Shown one piece after another: positions 48,049 through 61,245 of a stretch of DNA of 64,000 bases; the stretch's first letter is position 1; each line of letters opens with the position of its first letter. The position numbers were made by a program, and so were the translations under genes. The notes under the pieces were generated by a model. The model was not told the DNA's origin. It saw only the letters and a program-made list of their open reading frames with translations, and did not search any database. The stretch is from Puccinia triticina. Its lineage: Eukaryota. The stretch is taken from NCBI GenBank assembly GCA_026914245.1, contig CP110439.1, positions 4,216,001-4,280,000 of the forward strand. Direction: 5' to 3'.

Positions 48049-50075
48049 CGGACTTACTTCGCGCACTGCGGAAAACTCTTTGCGCACTGTGGGGGTTGTT
48101 GTCCTGACGTCCAGCCCCCAGTGCGCGCTTCTGCCACGGCTCTTCGCGCACTGCATTTTCCCCCAAAAAATTGGCTTGGATTTCTTGAGATATTTTTTGA
48201 TGAATCAATAGAATGGCTTTTTATGATCCCCCCAAAAAATAATCAAGTCATTTAGGGGTCTCCTTGAGCCTAGAGAAAATTGACATGAAAAAATCATATT
48301 TTAACGCAACAAGCATTTAAAAAGCCACTTCCTGCGACCCAGTAGCCACAAAACCTTCACAGTACAATAGCAAATGTGCAATTTCACAGCCTGATAATTT
48401 TCAGAATTTTCACCAGCTTTCCTGTAGCTCAAATAGGTATTGCGTTTATTATTTTGCGTATATGTATAACTTTTTTGTTACACACACCAAAGGCACAAAA
48501 TTTTGAGAGCACAGAGAAATATGCTTCAAATTGATTTCCTGAAATTCCTAGCAATATTAGCCTAGAGAAAATTGACATGAAAAAATCATATTTTAACGCA
48601 ACAAGCATTTAAAAAGCCACTTCCTGCAACCCAGTAGCCACAAAACCTTCACAGTACAATAGCAAATGTGCAATTTCACAGCCTGATAATTTTCAGAATT
48701 TTCACCAGCTTTCCTGTAGCTCAAATAGGTATTGCGTTTATTATTTTGCGTATATGTATAACTTTTTTGTTACACACACCAAAGGCACAAAATTTTGAGA
48801 GCACAGAGAAATATGCTTCAAATTAATTTCCTGAAATTCCTAGCAATATTTTGTCATTATAAAATGAGATATATTAAGGGGTGCGCGGCAGGCTTAGTAG
48901 GAAAATTACTGCTAACTGTATAGCTTTTTTGTTACACACCCAAACAGTCCCAAAATTTCAGAAATGTTTTCATTGTTGATATTCTCCGCGCCATAAATTT
49001 CTTGGCAATAGTGTGTCATGATAACATGAGATATAAGGGGTGCGCGGCGGGCTTAGTAGGAAAATGGCTGCTACATGTATATATTTTTTGTTACGCGCTG
49101 ACAGTCCCAAAATTTCAGAAATGTTTTCATTGTGGATATTCTCCGCGCCATAAATTTCTTGGCAATATTGTGTCATGATAACATGAAATGTAGTGAGGCG
49201 GGCTTAGTAGGAAAATGCCTGCTAACTTATCTCATGTTTTAATGACACACTATTGCTAAGAGCTTTATGGCGCGGAGAATATGCCAAATTGAAACATTCC
49301 TGAAAATTTCAGACTTTTTCAGCGCGTAACAAAAAATATATACATGTAGCAGCCATTTTCCTACTAAGCCCGCCGCGCACCCCTTATATCTCATGTTATC
49401 ATGACACACTATTGCCAAGAAATTTATGGCGCGGAGAATATCAACAATGAAAACATTTCTGAAATTTTGGGACTGTTTGGGTGTGTAACAAAAAAGCTAT
49501 ACAGTTAGCAGTAATTTTCCTACTAAGCCTGCCGCGCACCCCTTAATATATCTCATTTTATAATGACAAAATATTGCTAAGAATTTCAGGAAATTAATTT
49601 GAAGCATATTTCTCTGTGCTCTCAAAATTTTGTGCCTTTGGTGTGTGTAACAAAAAAGTTATACATATACGCAAAATAATAAACGCAATACCTATTTGAG
49701 CTACAGGAAAGCTGGTGAAAATTCTGAAAATTATCAGGCTGTGAAATTGCACATTTGCTATTGTACTGTGAAGGTTTTGTGGCTACTGGGTCGCAGGAAG
49801 TGGCTTTTTAAATGCTTGTTGCGTTAAAATATGATTTTTTCATGTCAATTTTCTCTAGGCTCAAGGAGACCCCTAAATGACTTGATTATTTTTTGGGGGG
49901 ATCATAAAAAGCCATTCTATTGATTCATCAAAAAATATCTCAAGAAATCCAAGCCAATTTTTTGGGGGAAAATGCAGTGCGCGAAGAGCCGTGGCAGAAG
50001 CGCGCACTGGGGGCTGGACGTCAGGATGACGACCCCCACAGTGCGCAAAGAGTTTTCCGCAGTGCGCGAAGTCCG
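48049..50075. mobile_element. Foldback element: 2-kb near-perfect palindrome with a 292-bp tandem duplication in the left arm
   Basis: Termini cggacttacttcgcgcactgcg / cgcagtgcgcgaagtccg; mirrored ORFs 47900- and 49920+; duplication 48267-48558 / 48559-48850; T runs on both sides. Confidence 0.92.
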
Positions 50076-51020
50076 TTTTTTTTACAGGAATTAAATTCAA
50101 GAATGGCAATTTTGCTTTCCTATCCTTTGACATCATCAAACAGGAGCAATTGATGAGTTGGACTGGTGAAATATCATTTCATCATGTTTTTTCCTCTAGT
50201 TGTACCTAGAAAACAAAAGAATTCTACACAACATTGTGTTGACTCCCAAATCAATCCTGACTGACTTTGACTCACTTCCGCATCCACTTCAATTCATTTA
50301 GGGATGAGTTACTCATGCACATCAGGCTCACATCCAACCAAAACTCACATCAAATTCAGCTCTGGCACTCCCTGGGGAGTGGGAACATATCTCCCCTGGT
50401 GTAATGGGCAACAAGCTGTGGGACACTAAGATACCAGTAGCAAATCTGTGAGCTACGTGAACAGATGACACAGCAACCCTGGTGGAGGCACACCTACGGA
50501 GACCAAGTGGAGAATGGAATGTGAGTTGTGATTGAAAGATGAACAATGATGGATGGAATGAAACACAACAACAAATATACCAACCTAAGATACCAGTAGC
50601 AAATCTGTGAGCTACGTGAACAGATGACACAACACCCGTGGTAGAGGCACACCTGATTGTGATGAACAAGAAGGTGAGACAAAGAGCAAACACTGGAATG
50701 AGAGGAAAGTACAGTGAGGCATACCTGCGGAGACCAAGTGGAGAATGGAATGTGAGTTGTGATTGAAATATAAACAATGATGGATAAGGTACAACGTGAG
50801 GAAGAGAGTTGAACTCAGTACATCATGATTAGGTTTCATCTATCATCAACTCTGCAGCGTGGTGCTCTGGTGTCCACGCCGCAAAGTGCCTCAATAGGCC
50901 TCCCCCAGTCCTGCACCGGTCCGCCTGGTCCAAGTCTAGCCCTGACTTCTGAAGTCATGGGATTGGCTGCAGGGGTGTAAAATAAGTTCCAAAGGATAAT
51001 TATGACAGAAAAGAAATGAA

Positions 51021-51402
51021 AAGTGTTGAAATTTTCCAATTTTGTACAAATTTCTCAGAATCTTTATTATTTCTCAAACCAGGGAGAGAAAATTACAGAG
51101 CACAGTATTGCATGTGACAGGAATGATAAAAAATGGAAAAAAACTGAGACCATTTTCAATGATTTTTTGGGTGAATGAGGTATCCACGTATTTGAAATAG
51201 AAGTTGGCACCTGCAGGCCAAATCAACACCAATTTGACCAGATTTATTTGATCCAACAAAAATCATTGAAAATGGTCTCAGTTTTCTCGGTTTTTATCAT
51301 TCCTTTCACATGCCATAATGTGCTCTGTAATTTGCTCTCCTTGGTTTGAGCAATAATAAAGATTCTGAGAAATTTGCAAAAAAATGGAAAATTTTCACAC
51401 TT
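51021..51402. repeat. Inverted repeat, about 380 bp (foldback or MITE remnant)
   Basis: Arms of about 150 bp: caaatttctcagaatctttattatt...ctcaaacca versus tggtttgagcaataataaagattctgagaaatttg; no TSD seen. Confidence 0.75.
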
Positions 51403-51855
51403 GGGCCGTCGCAGGGTGGTTAGGGTCCAAGGGGGAAGGTTCAACACTGCATGGGTCTACAATTGTTGTGGTGAATGTGGTAAATGGAATTGGATCCTGA
51501 GGATGACTTTTGTAAAAAAGAAATGCTGGCAGTGGCTATATTACAGGCTCTACTTGTATTTAAAGGAAGCCATTTTTCAAGGCCTCAGGGGCTCTGAGGG
51601 GTGTGGTACATAGTGGTGTACGCCCATGACTTCCTGTGACAGATGAGTGGCCTTTTGTAACATTTTCATTGTTACACAGGATTATTCTACTTGACTAATG
51701 AATTATGTGGTAAGGAGTTAGTATTTCATTTGAGAACCGCTACCTAATCTTGATTGATTTAACTGGTCTTTTAATTATAAAAGCTTTTTTTATTTGATGT
51801 GATCTCTTTGTTATATCTGGTTGTCTTTCACTGTTTGTCTTTCTCTTTTTCTTTT

Positions 51856-53626
51856 GGGAGTTGAAAAATCGACTCCCAGGAATTAATAAATCGACTCCCA
51901 AAAGTCGTTTACGTCGCGCGGACCGTCTCCGGACGCCCCCCCTGGGTCCTGGGGACCTCGCGCGGCCCCAAAAGCATTTTGGTAGTCGATTAATTAATTC
52001 CCCTCTTGAGGATGGGAGTCAATACATTAATTTAACAAAAAATGACAGAATATACAAAAAAATATATATCTTGTCACTGTTGTACCCAAACGCCCTAAAA
52101 CCTTTACAGCAATATAAATACACTCTTTAGAGAATATTGTGAGCTTCACGGCATTAGTACTCCTCAGGGAGACCGTGTGTAGCTGGGGGGCGGATTTGGC
52201 GGATCTCCTACTAAGGCAAACCCCTGAAACCTTATTGCTCCAAATGGCCCCAAAGTTTTTTAGTTATAAGAATACACTCTTTAGAGCATATGTTAATCTT
52301 CACAGAATTAGTACTCCTCAGGGAGACCCTGTGTAGCCAGGGGCGGATTTGGCGGATTTCCTACTGAGGCAAACCCCCAAAAACCTTATCTATGGTGCTC
52401 CAAATGGCCCCAAATTTTTTCTGCTATAGGAATACACTCTTTAGAGCATATGTTAAGCTTCACGGAATCAGTACTCCTCAGTGAGACCCTGTGTAGCCAG
52501 GGGCGGATTTGGCGGATTTCCTACTGAGGCAAACCCCCAAAACCTTATCTAAGGTGCTCCAAATGGCCCCAAATTTTTTCTGCTATACAAATACACTCTT
52601 TAGAAAATATTTTAAGCTTCACGGCATTAGTACTCCTCAGGGAGACCCTGTGTAGCCGGGGGGCCGATTTGGCGGATTTCCTACTAAGGCAATCCCCTGA
52701 AACCTTATCTACAGTGCTCCAAACAGCCCCAAATTTTTTCTGCTATAAGAATACACTCTCTAGAAAACATTACAAGCTCCAATATCACACATCAGCCACA
52801 CCTTTTATCAAGTGTGGTGTAGCGTAGTGCAGCGCAAACGCGCTATTTTTTAGTGTAGCGTTAGCGCAATTGCACGCATCTGCGCTAAAGCTACGTGCAC
52901 AGGGTGCAAAGCTCTTTTAGATTCTATTTTAGTGTTAGCGCAGATACGCGCGATTGTGCTAATGCTACGCTAAAAAATAGCGGATTTGTGCTGTGCTACG
53001 CTACACCACGGTCGATAAAAGGTGAGGCTGATGTGTAATACCTCATTGGAGCTTGTAATGTTTTCTAGAGAGTGTATCCTTATAGCAAAAAAAAACTGGG
53101 GCTGTTTGGAGCACCGTAGATAAGGTTTCAGGGGTTTGCCTTAGTAGGAAATCCGCCAAATCCGCCCCCCGGCTACACAGGGTCTCCCTGAGGAGTACTA
53201 ATGCTGTGAAGATTAACATATGTTCTAAAGAGTGTATTGTTATAGCCAAAAAATTTTGGGGCCATTTGGAGCACTGTAGATAAGGTTTTGGGGGTTTGCC
53301 TTAGTAGGAAATCCGCCAAATCCGCCCCCCAGCTACACACGGTCTCCCTGAGGAGTACTAATGCCGTGAAGCTCACAATATTCTCTAAGGAGTGTATTCA
53401 TATTGCTGTAAAAGTATAATTTTTTTGTATATTCCGTCATTTTTTGTTAAATTAATGTACCAACTCCCATCCTCGAGAGGGGAATTAATTAATCGACTCC
53501 CAAAATGCTTTTGGGGCCGCGCGAGGTCTCGAGGACCCAGGGGGGACGTCCGGAGACGGTCCGCGCGACGTAAACGACTTTTGGGAGTCGATTTATGAAT
53601 TCCTGGGAGTCGATTTTTCAACTCCC
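51856..53626. mobile_element. Foldback element with GG termini, 8-bp TSD and 159-bp internal tandem units (Mutator- or Merlin-like)
   Basis: TIR gggagttgaaaaatcgactcccaggaatt; TSD TTTCTTTT; four units in the left arm and two in the right. Confidence 0.92.
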
Positions 53627-54162
53627 TTTCTTTTCCTCATTGCAATATTCTTTGTTCTTTGTTTTCATCATTCTCCGGTTCCATTAGAAAATCAATTCTA
53701 TCAAATCACCCTTCAAGAGTTTATTCATCATTCAAAGATAAACTACCCCTTATTACATCTGAACATAAGTGACATTCTCCCTTGAGTTTGTTCATAGCTA
53801 CTACAGAAGTAAGAGTAGCAGGGTCACACCTTTGGCCAGATTTACAGCTGGTTTTAAACACATTGGTGGGTTGTTTCTTGAATTTTGAAAAGCGTAGCAT
53901 ATGCAAAAAGTCGCGAGGCTTCCAATGGTACCATCAGCTTCCTACAGTTTGATCATCAAGATGGACTTCTGTGAGGTTTTGATCTGGCACCTCCAGCCAT
54001 TTATTTGGCTGGTGCTGCTCATCCGAGAACCTCGACGCGTGCAGGTGCTCGCGGGGTTGAGCATCGGAGGGACTAGGGTTAAGTCCGGGGTCGCAACCTT
54101 GGCCTCAAATAAAAAAAAAACATCAACAAGTCGAGGTACATACAGCGAACTTCAAGAAATCA

Positions 54163-55597
54163 ATGGATGACCCCAACGCCGAAGAAATTTCTGACACAGG
54201 GGGCGAGCAAACATTCGACACAGGGAGCGAGGAAACATCTGAAACAGGGAGCGAGCAAATATCTGACACAGAGGGCGAGCAAACATCTGACTCGAGCAGC
54301 GAAGGCGAAGACCCACTCGAGCGTCTAATTAAGGAGCTTCAGCAAGAAGAGGGTAAGTTTGATCCAGCTTTGCTTCTAGTCTATTGATTCAGGTTTTCCA
54401 AAACATCAACTGACGTGGCAAACAATCTCCATAGATGTGGTCATTCAGGGGTTTAATGGCCTCTTCAACAAATGTAAAGCATGCGTAGACCATGAACCCA
54501 TGCGCGCTCATCCAACCTTCAATCGAGAAACACCTTACATCGACCAGATGAAATTGATATCGAATTGTTTGCACTCCAGCATTCTGCCTGAACTCCGAGA
54601 CCAATTCAAAGCTATCTTGCCATTTCTAGAGCCTTCCGAAATCCACACAGAACCCGGCTCCCGATGTAAACTCATTTTGGAAATTCAATCGCAACTTGAC
54701 CAGACTGTGGATCAAACCATATCTGCGTACAATTCTCTTTTCTCTGAAGGAGTGATTCCGCCGGACCAAACAAATGACCAGCTCCTCAAAGAAACCAAAA
54801 ACTATAGACTTTTCGGCCTACATCTTGGTATAAAAGCATTACTGTCGAACCTTGGCTATTGCTTTCACCAGTCCTCCATGCTTCTTGCCGAATCAGGTAT
54901 CTCGATAACAAGAAGAACTGGACGCGTGGAATCGACCAGAAAAAGCAACCTCCAGTCAGCATCTCTGTGCGAAGCTATACTTAAGGCGGTCTTCACGTGG
55001 TCAAAAGGTTCCGAGTGGGATACTGTTCTAGACAGTTGGCGATTTTCGACTCGCGCTTCAATATTCGACAACCTGCTAGATTATATCCATCAGAGGATTA
55101 CGTCGGCGTCCAACCCTCAAGAAGAACCTCTTCTTATACCACCCCTTGACGAACGAAACATCTCGCTCGCTAAGTTATTGATACCAATCTTGAAACTATC
55201 AAAAATATTTATTTGCAGATTTTCGAAAATCGGAATGAGCGATCAGCCGCTCCCACATTTTACGGAGATGTGTACCCATCAGCTTGAAAGCTTACTTAAT
55301 TTGCCCCCGCGCGCTCACGCCAATCTCGCTTCTCTTCACTCTTTGTTGACTGAAAATCATTTGACCCGTGAAGCTTTCAACAGACGCTTTGATGCAAAGA
55401 TTGGTTTGCTGCTAGCTCAGTTTCGCTCAGTTTCGCTTGATTTGATGTTTTATGTTATTCCTCTGATCCCAGACAAAGATGGTTTCCCAGTTCAGAATGA
55501 GTACAAAACCTTTCTTGCAACTTGGAATACTCAGTGGCTGACAGCTACTCAAAACGCTATAAAACTTGCTCGCTCAACCTCAATCAATCCTGCATAG
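54163..55597 (+). CDS. Hypothetical protein, lineage-specific family, paralogue 1 (2 exons, about 450 aa)
   Basis: Exon 1 54163-54352, intron gtaagt...ctgac...catag, exon 2 54435-55597; joined frame EEE-DVVIQGF; acidic 8-aa repeats at the N-terminus. Confidence 0.85.
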
Positions 55598-56342
55598 TAT
55601 TTATATTCATCTTCCCTTCTTTGATGTAGTAGGTTTGCAACCAAACAAAAAAAAATGTGGTTCCCATATGTAAATGATTTCTCAAAAGTGTGTATTGTGT
55701 TTTAATCTTCTGGAGTCAAAGTGCAGCTATTTTCCGGGACAGGCAATCTGGCAATCTCTTCGAACTAGGACGACTGATGTGGAGTGGCTTCACTTTATCA
55801 GGAACGCGGGGAAGCTTTCTTCTGATCAGAAAAAGATGGAATCACTGTTCACAGGTCATTTATCTTCAGACTTCAAAATGCAAAGGTTGGGGGCACTGGA
55901 GGACTTCCCGTCGTCTAAAACACTTGATCTGGAGGGAAAGGCTGAACCCTACTGGCTGGTGAAAAGTGATCGAGATCAAGTTCTCACCAGCGAACAAGGT
56001 TTAGCGCCTCCCGCTAAATCAAGCCATTTGGCGACGGGAAGTCCTCACTGCAGGTGTTATGGTTTGGGGAACTGTAGTACCAAATGTGTAAACCTGTTGA
56101 TCCACCAATGGAGATCACCACATAAATAAGCATGTCGACATACAACTGTGGATCAAACATTTGAAGACATTTGCTAGGTCTGATAAACTGCCAAGATTGC
56201 AGCTGCGCCTTCTGACGACTTTATTAGATCCAAGTCCCTCCCTTCGGGAGGCGGGCCCTTCGGGCCCCCCGAGCGTAGGCGTGAGGGGGACTTGTGCTGA
56301 CTTGTGTTAAGTTCGAGCCTAGAGGCACAGCGAACTTCAAGA

Positions 56343-57687
56343 ATGGACGACACAAATGCCGATGAAATTTCTGACACAGGAAGCGACCACGCATCTGACG
56401 CGGGGAGCGAGCGAACAACTGACTCAAGCAGCGAAGGCGAAGACCAACTCGAGCGTCTAATAAGAGAGCTTCAAGAAGAAGATGGTAAGTTTGATCCAGC
56501 TTTGCTTCAAGCGTGTCGATTCAGGTTTTCCAAAACATCAACTGAAGTGGCAACCTATCTCCCTAGATGTGGTCATTCAGGGATTCAGTGGTCTCTTCAA
56601 TAAATGTAAAGCATTCGAAGACCATGAACCCATGCGCGCTCATCCCACATTCAATCAAGAATCACCTTACATCGACCAGATGAAATTTATATCCAATAAT
56701 TTATACTCAAGCGTCCTACCTCAACTAGAAGAGCAATTCAAGGCTATCTTCACATTGCTGGACCCATCCGAAAACCGCAGAAAACCAGGCTCCCAACGCA
56801 AACAAATTTTGGAAATTCAATCGCGACTTGACCATACTGTGGATCAAACCATATCTGCGCACAATTCTCTTTTCTCTAAAGGAGTGATTTCACCGGACCA
56901 AACGAATGACCACCTCCTCAAAGAAACCAAAAACTATAGACTCTACGGCATACATAGTTTGATCAAAAGATTACTGTCGAATCTTGGTTATAGTTTTTGC
57001 GCATCCTCTGTGCTTCTTATTGAATTAGGTTTCTCGATAACAAGGAGTATTACCTGCTCGGGATCGACCAGAGAATCCCTCCTCGTGGCAACATCTCAGT
57101 GCGAAAAATTATTCAAGACGGTCCCCGTGTGGTTAAAAGGTTCCGAATGGGATACTCTTCCAGACAATTGGCGATATTGGGCGCATACTGCATCACTTGA
57201 TAACCGGCTACGTTCCATTGGCTCGGATATACCACCCCTCCACGAACGAAACATCTCGCTCGTTACGCTATTGATAACAATCTCGAAACTATCAAAAATA
57301 TTTCTTTGCAAAATATCAAAAATCGGAACGAGCGATCTGCCGCTCCCACATTTTACGGAGATGTCTACCCATCAGCTTCAAGAGTTATATCATTTGGCCC
57401 CACGCGCGCACGTTAATCTTGTTTCTCTTGCCCTTATGTTGACTGAAGATCAGTTGAATGAAGCGTTAACCAAACAGTTTGTTGCAAAGATTCAAGTGCT
57501 GCTATCTTATTTTCAATCCGCTTCGCTTGATATAGCTTTTTACGTCATTCCTCTGATCCCAGACAAAGATGACTTTCGAGTTCAGAACGAGTACAAAGCT
57601 TTTCTTGCCACTTGGAATTCTCTGTGGCTGACAGCTATTCAAAACGCCATAAAACTTGCTCGCTCAACCTCAATCAATGCTGCATAG
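56343..57687 (+). CDS. Hypothetical protein, paralogue 2 (2 exons, about 420 aa)
   Basis: Same intron position (gtaagt...ccctag) and colinear similarity to paralogue 1 (DHEPMRAHPTFN, KETKNYRL, KGSEWD, FLATWN, KLARSTSIN). Confidence 0.85.
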
Positions 57688-58809
57688 TATCTATATCTCT
57701 CTTCCCTTCTTCCATTCGGTACTTTTGCACCCAAAGAAAAAAAAACACGTGGTCCCCAAATATAAATGTTTCTCAACAAACGTGAATTGTGCATTGATCT
57801 TCATCGAGTCAAAGTAAATACTCAATGAATCATGTTTCACGAACTCCTGGACATAGATGACGCCCAAGTACAGCAATTTGGGGCGGTGTCGGAACATTGT
57901 GCCACACCACGGGTGCACTCAAGGTTGTCAAGGTGCTTTGGAAAACCTTTTTGGTTGCAATGTGGTTTCCGGACCAGAATTGGTTGGAATTTGGTTTGGT
58001 AACCAATTCCTTTAGGAAAAGGTTCCAAAAACCGCGCCACATGAGAAGACCCAAACGGCTTTCATGACACTTTTAAATGGTTCTGGCAGTATTTCCAACC
58101 AATTTGGTTGTCAAAATCTTGTCAAGAGCACCTCCAGTGGTTCCAAATATTTTTCCACCATGTCTGAAGTGGGATGCTTTGAGACTGATTTATGTATGCA
58201 TAAAACAGAAATTCACAAAACCTTATTTGTAGGGTATCCTGCAGGGCCCTAGAAGCCCCCAAAGTAGGTGGGTAGTGTAAATGTATGGATTTTTGCATTT
58301 TTTTGCAGAATGTTAGGCATGAAGTTGGTATGAATGGGCTTTGGAAACCACAAGAGTAGGCATCAAACATGGCATAAATTATGATGTTCAAATTTTGTTG
58401 CTTGTGCCACTGGTCAGCGGTAGGTAACAAAAATAGGGACCTTTCTCCCTAAATACCAAGGAAAACAGTGCAGATAATTTTTTAAATGTGTTACCTGAGG
58501 TATTGGAATGGGGAACACCCTGCACTGTAACAGTGCATTGAAGCTTAGTTGAAACAACCTTTGAGAAACAGTTGAGTAACCAAATGAGCTTCCTTAGAGT
58601 AAAGAATGTCAATTGGTACCCGTGGCGGTACCTAGTACCGCTTGGCAGGTACCGCCCGCACCCGCCCTGCACCTGTGAGGCGGTGCCGGGTGTGGTACTA
58701 GGTATGTGCTTTTGGCCATAAAGCGGTGCGGTACCCAGGTACCGCCCACAAGTACCACCCATCACCATGTTGTCAGAATTTGAGCTTGATAGTCCGCTGA
58801 CTTTCTTTG

Positions 58810-58990
58810 CTCTCAGTTCTTGTTCCTGTTCCTGTTCCATGTTCCTGTCCCAGTCCATGTTCCTGTCCCATGTCCCCTGTTCCTGTCACCTGTCCTGATT
58901 TGTTTGGCCGAGTGGCCATGACTTGTCTCCTGTACTTCCCTGTCACCAGTTTTTGTCACCAGTTCCTGTCACCTGTCCTGTCCCCTGTTA
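58810..58990. repeat. Degenerate simple repeat (tgttcc/tgtccc)
   Basis: Directly visible low-complexity array. Confidence 0.7.
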
Positions 58991-59210
58991 CTGTTGTTAG
59001 GTCCCCCTTTGGATCTTGCTGGGGGGCTCTCTAGTTGTTTGGTTAAATTCCGCTCCTTGGACATGAAATAAAAATCATTGAGTCTGAGCCTCAACAACCT
59101 CAACCCTGCTCCTTGGTCCTATCTGTTCACCTCAAGATAGCCCCCCCCCCTTTTTTTTTGTCGCCTCCACCTATAGAGCTGAAATCTTAACACATTTTCC
59201 CGCAGCCAGG

Positions 59211-59612
59211 CAACGGTGGGTAGTTACTGAAAAGTTACTCAACTTTCATCTGGTGATATCTCATGAGAGAAAAAGTTTAAAGAAATTCTGAGTAGGCCAA
59301 ATTATCTATTGAAGGTTTTTTTATTATTTCAAACACCTTTTTTCTGAATTTTGAATGGATTACATATTTCGAATTCCCTATTTTGTGACAAAATTGCAGT
59401 TACAGATAACTAGTTACTAGTAACTGAAATTTTGTCACAAATTTAGGAATTACAAGTATTCTATACATTCCCAAGTCATGAAAATGGTTCCGTAAATCAT
59501 AAAACAGCTCTCAGCGGCTATTTTGGCCTAGTCAGAATTTCTTTAAACTCTTTCTTGCAAGAGATATCACCAGATGAAAGTTGAGTAACTTTTCAGTAAC
59601 TACCCACCGTTG
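59211..59612. mobile_element. MITE, CAA...TTG termini, 7-bp TSD
   Basis: Perfect TIR of at least 50 bp, caacggtgggtagttactgaaaagttactcaactttcatctggtgatatctc; TSD AGCCAGG. Confidence 0.95.
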
Positions 59613-59639
59613 AGCCAGGTAGCCTGTGAAACTTTCAGG

Positions 59640-61207
59640 CATGCATAAAGATGTCACCAAAGCAGGACCAGATGTCCAGAATTAGTCCATATAACATTGC
59701 TTTGCCCAGCCAAGGGTATATCACCAATCAGCAATAACCATGGCTCCAACCCGCAACAAACCCAAGAACCAATCATCTCAAGCATCTTCAACCCAAGATA
59801 ATCCAACCAATAATCCAACAGATGAAGGAAATCCAATTTAAGCTTCCACCAAAGACAACAATACCAACACTCCAACCAGCACCCAGCCACCATCTGGAGC
59901 AATTCACATAATCACCAATGAGGAGGAATTAAGTGAGAGCAGTCAATTATTTAGATTATATCCTAAACCATTCTGAACAACAACTATTTACCTGTAGGAA
60001 AAGATAAGAAGATTGCTTTAAACTCCATTAGCTCAAGCTATGGTCAGTATGAGACACCCAAGCTTTCCAATCAATTGGACAAGCATGGCCAACGGATTAT
60101 TGACTATCCTTGCAAGCTGTAAGCAATTTGTACTCATCTCAGACCTTCAAAATATTATTTAACTGAATTTGAGCTTCAGATGCGGCACAAAGATCAATCG
60201 TCCCACCTCAGACTCTTCTTGCAGCAATCTGAACAAGCAAAAATCAATCTGTCTTTGCAAAATTCAGGAAACTAAACCAACACATTCATTGGCTGGTCTA
60301 GGAATTAAAGGCACCGGGTAAATCATTCCAAATGAGGTAAGCCTACTTTTTTTTTGGATTGTATCGTGAACAATTAAAATCCCAGGTTCCCCAACTCTGC
60401 GCGATATGGTGCGCCAAGGCCGCTAGACCATTCCCGGCACTTGCTGATGCTAGCCACAAAGTGATCCTCTATCCCACGGTCATCAAAAATTTACCAAGAC
60501 CCCATGATGTTTCTAAGGATATTCACTTACTTTACTCGGCGATACAACTAAATTACTGTAGTTATTTAAGGGGCAGGCTAAATCCACACCAAAAAATTAC
60601 TACATCCACTCCAAAAATGGAGTGAACAGTAGTCCACTCCAACTTTCATTGGAGTGAACCATAGTCTACTCCAAATTTTGTTGGAGTGAACAAAATTACA
60701 CTCCAAAAAAGCCTGTTTTTTGGAGTGTACCCATAATGCACTCCAAAAATTTTGGAGTAAACCCAATTCCACTCCAAAAATATTTTTTCCAAAGTAAAAT
60801 GATTTATTTTTTTGGAGTGCACAGACGTTCACTCCATATTTTTTGGAGTGGTTTTACACAATATTCTAGTGAAAGAATTCAGGGTTCTCAAAGAGGAACA
60901 AAATCTTATGTCAGCATCATATGTGTATTTAAAATACATCAAAAATGATGTATGTACAATTCTTTCAGTTTCTACAATGACTAAAACCTTCACCAGAAAT
61001 AAATTTGGGGGGATTCAATTAGGTTGATTCATGTAACCTGCATACTACTGCTATTAACTTTTCCTGGTACTCCATCCCAAGAACTTGGAATATACATTTT
61101 TCAAAGTTACAAGTTTTGATTATACAGATTCAAAATTGCATTTTTTTTTTCAAATTTGAGAAGCCTTAATCCACTCCAATAAATTTGGAGTAAACATCTG
61201 TGCACTC

Positions 61208-61245
<38 letters not shown>

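Larger units (their letters stand above)
45279..50401. mobile_element. CACC-terminated TIR element inflated to 5.1 kb by nested insertions
   Basis: Perfect 39-bp TIRs caccaggggagatatgttcccactccccagggagtgcc; 3-bp TSD TAA. Confidence 0.8.

Noticed and set aside
58610..58772. GGTACC-rich stretch ending ...catgttg as another 7-bp-TSD MITE
   Set aside because: Left TIR and TSD are not convincing.
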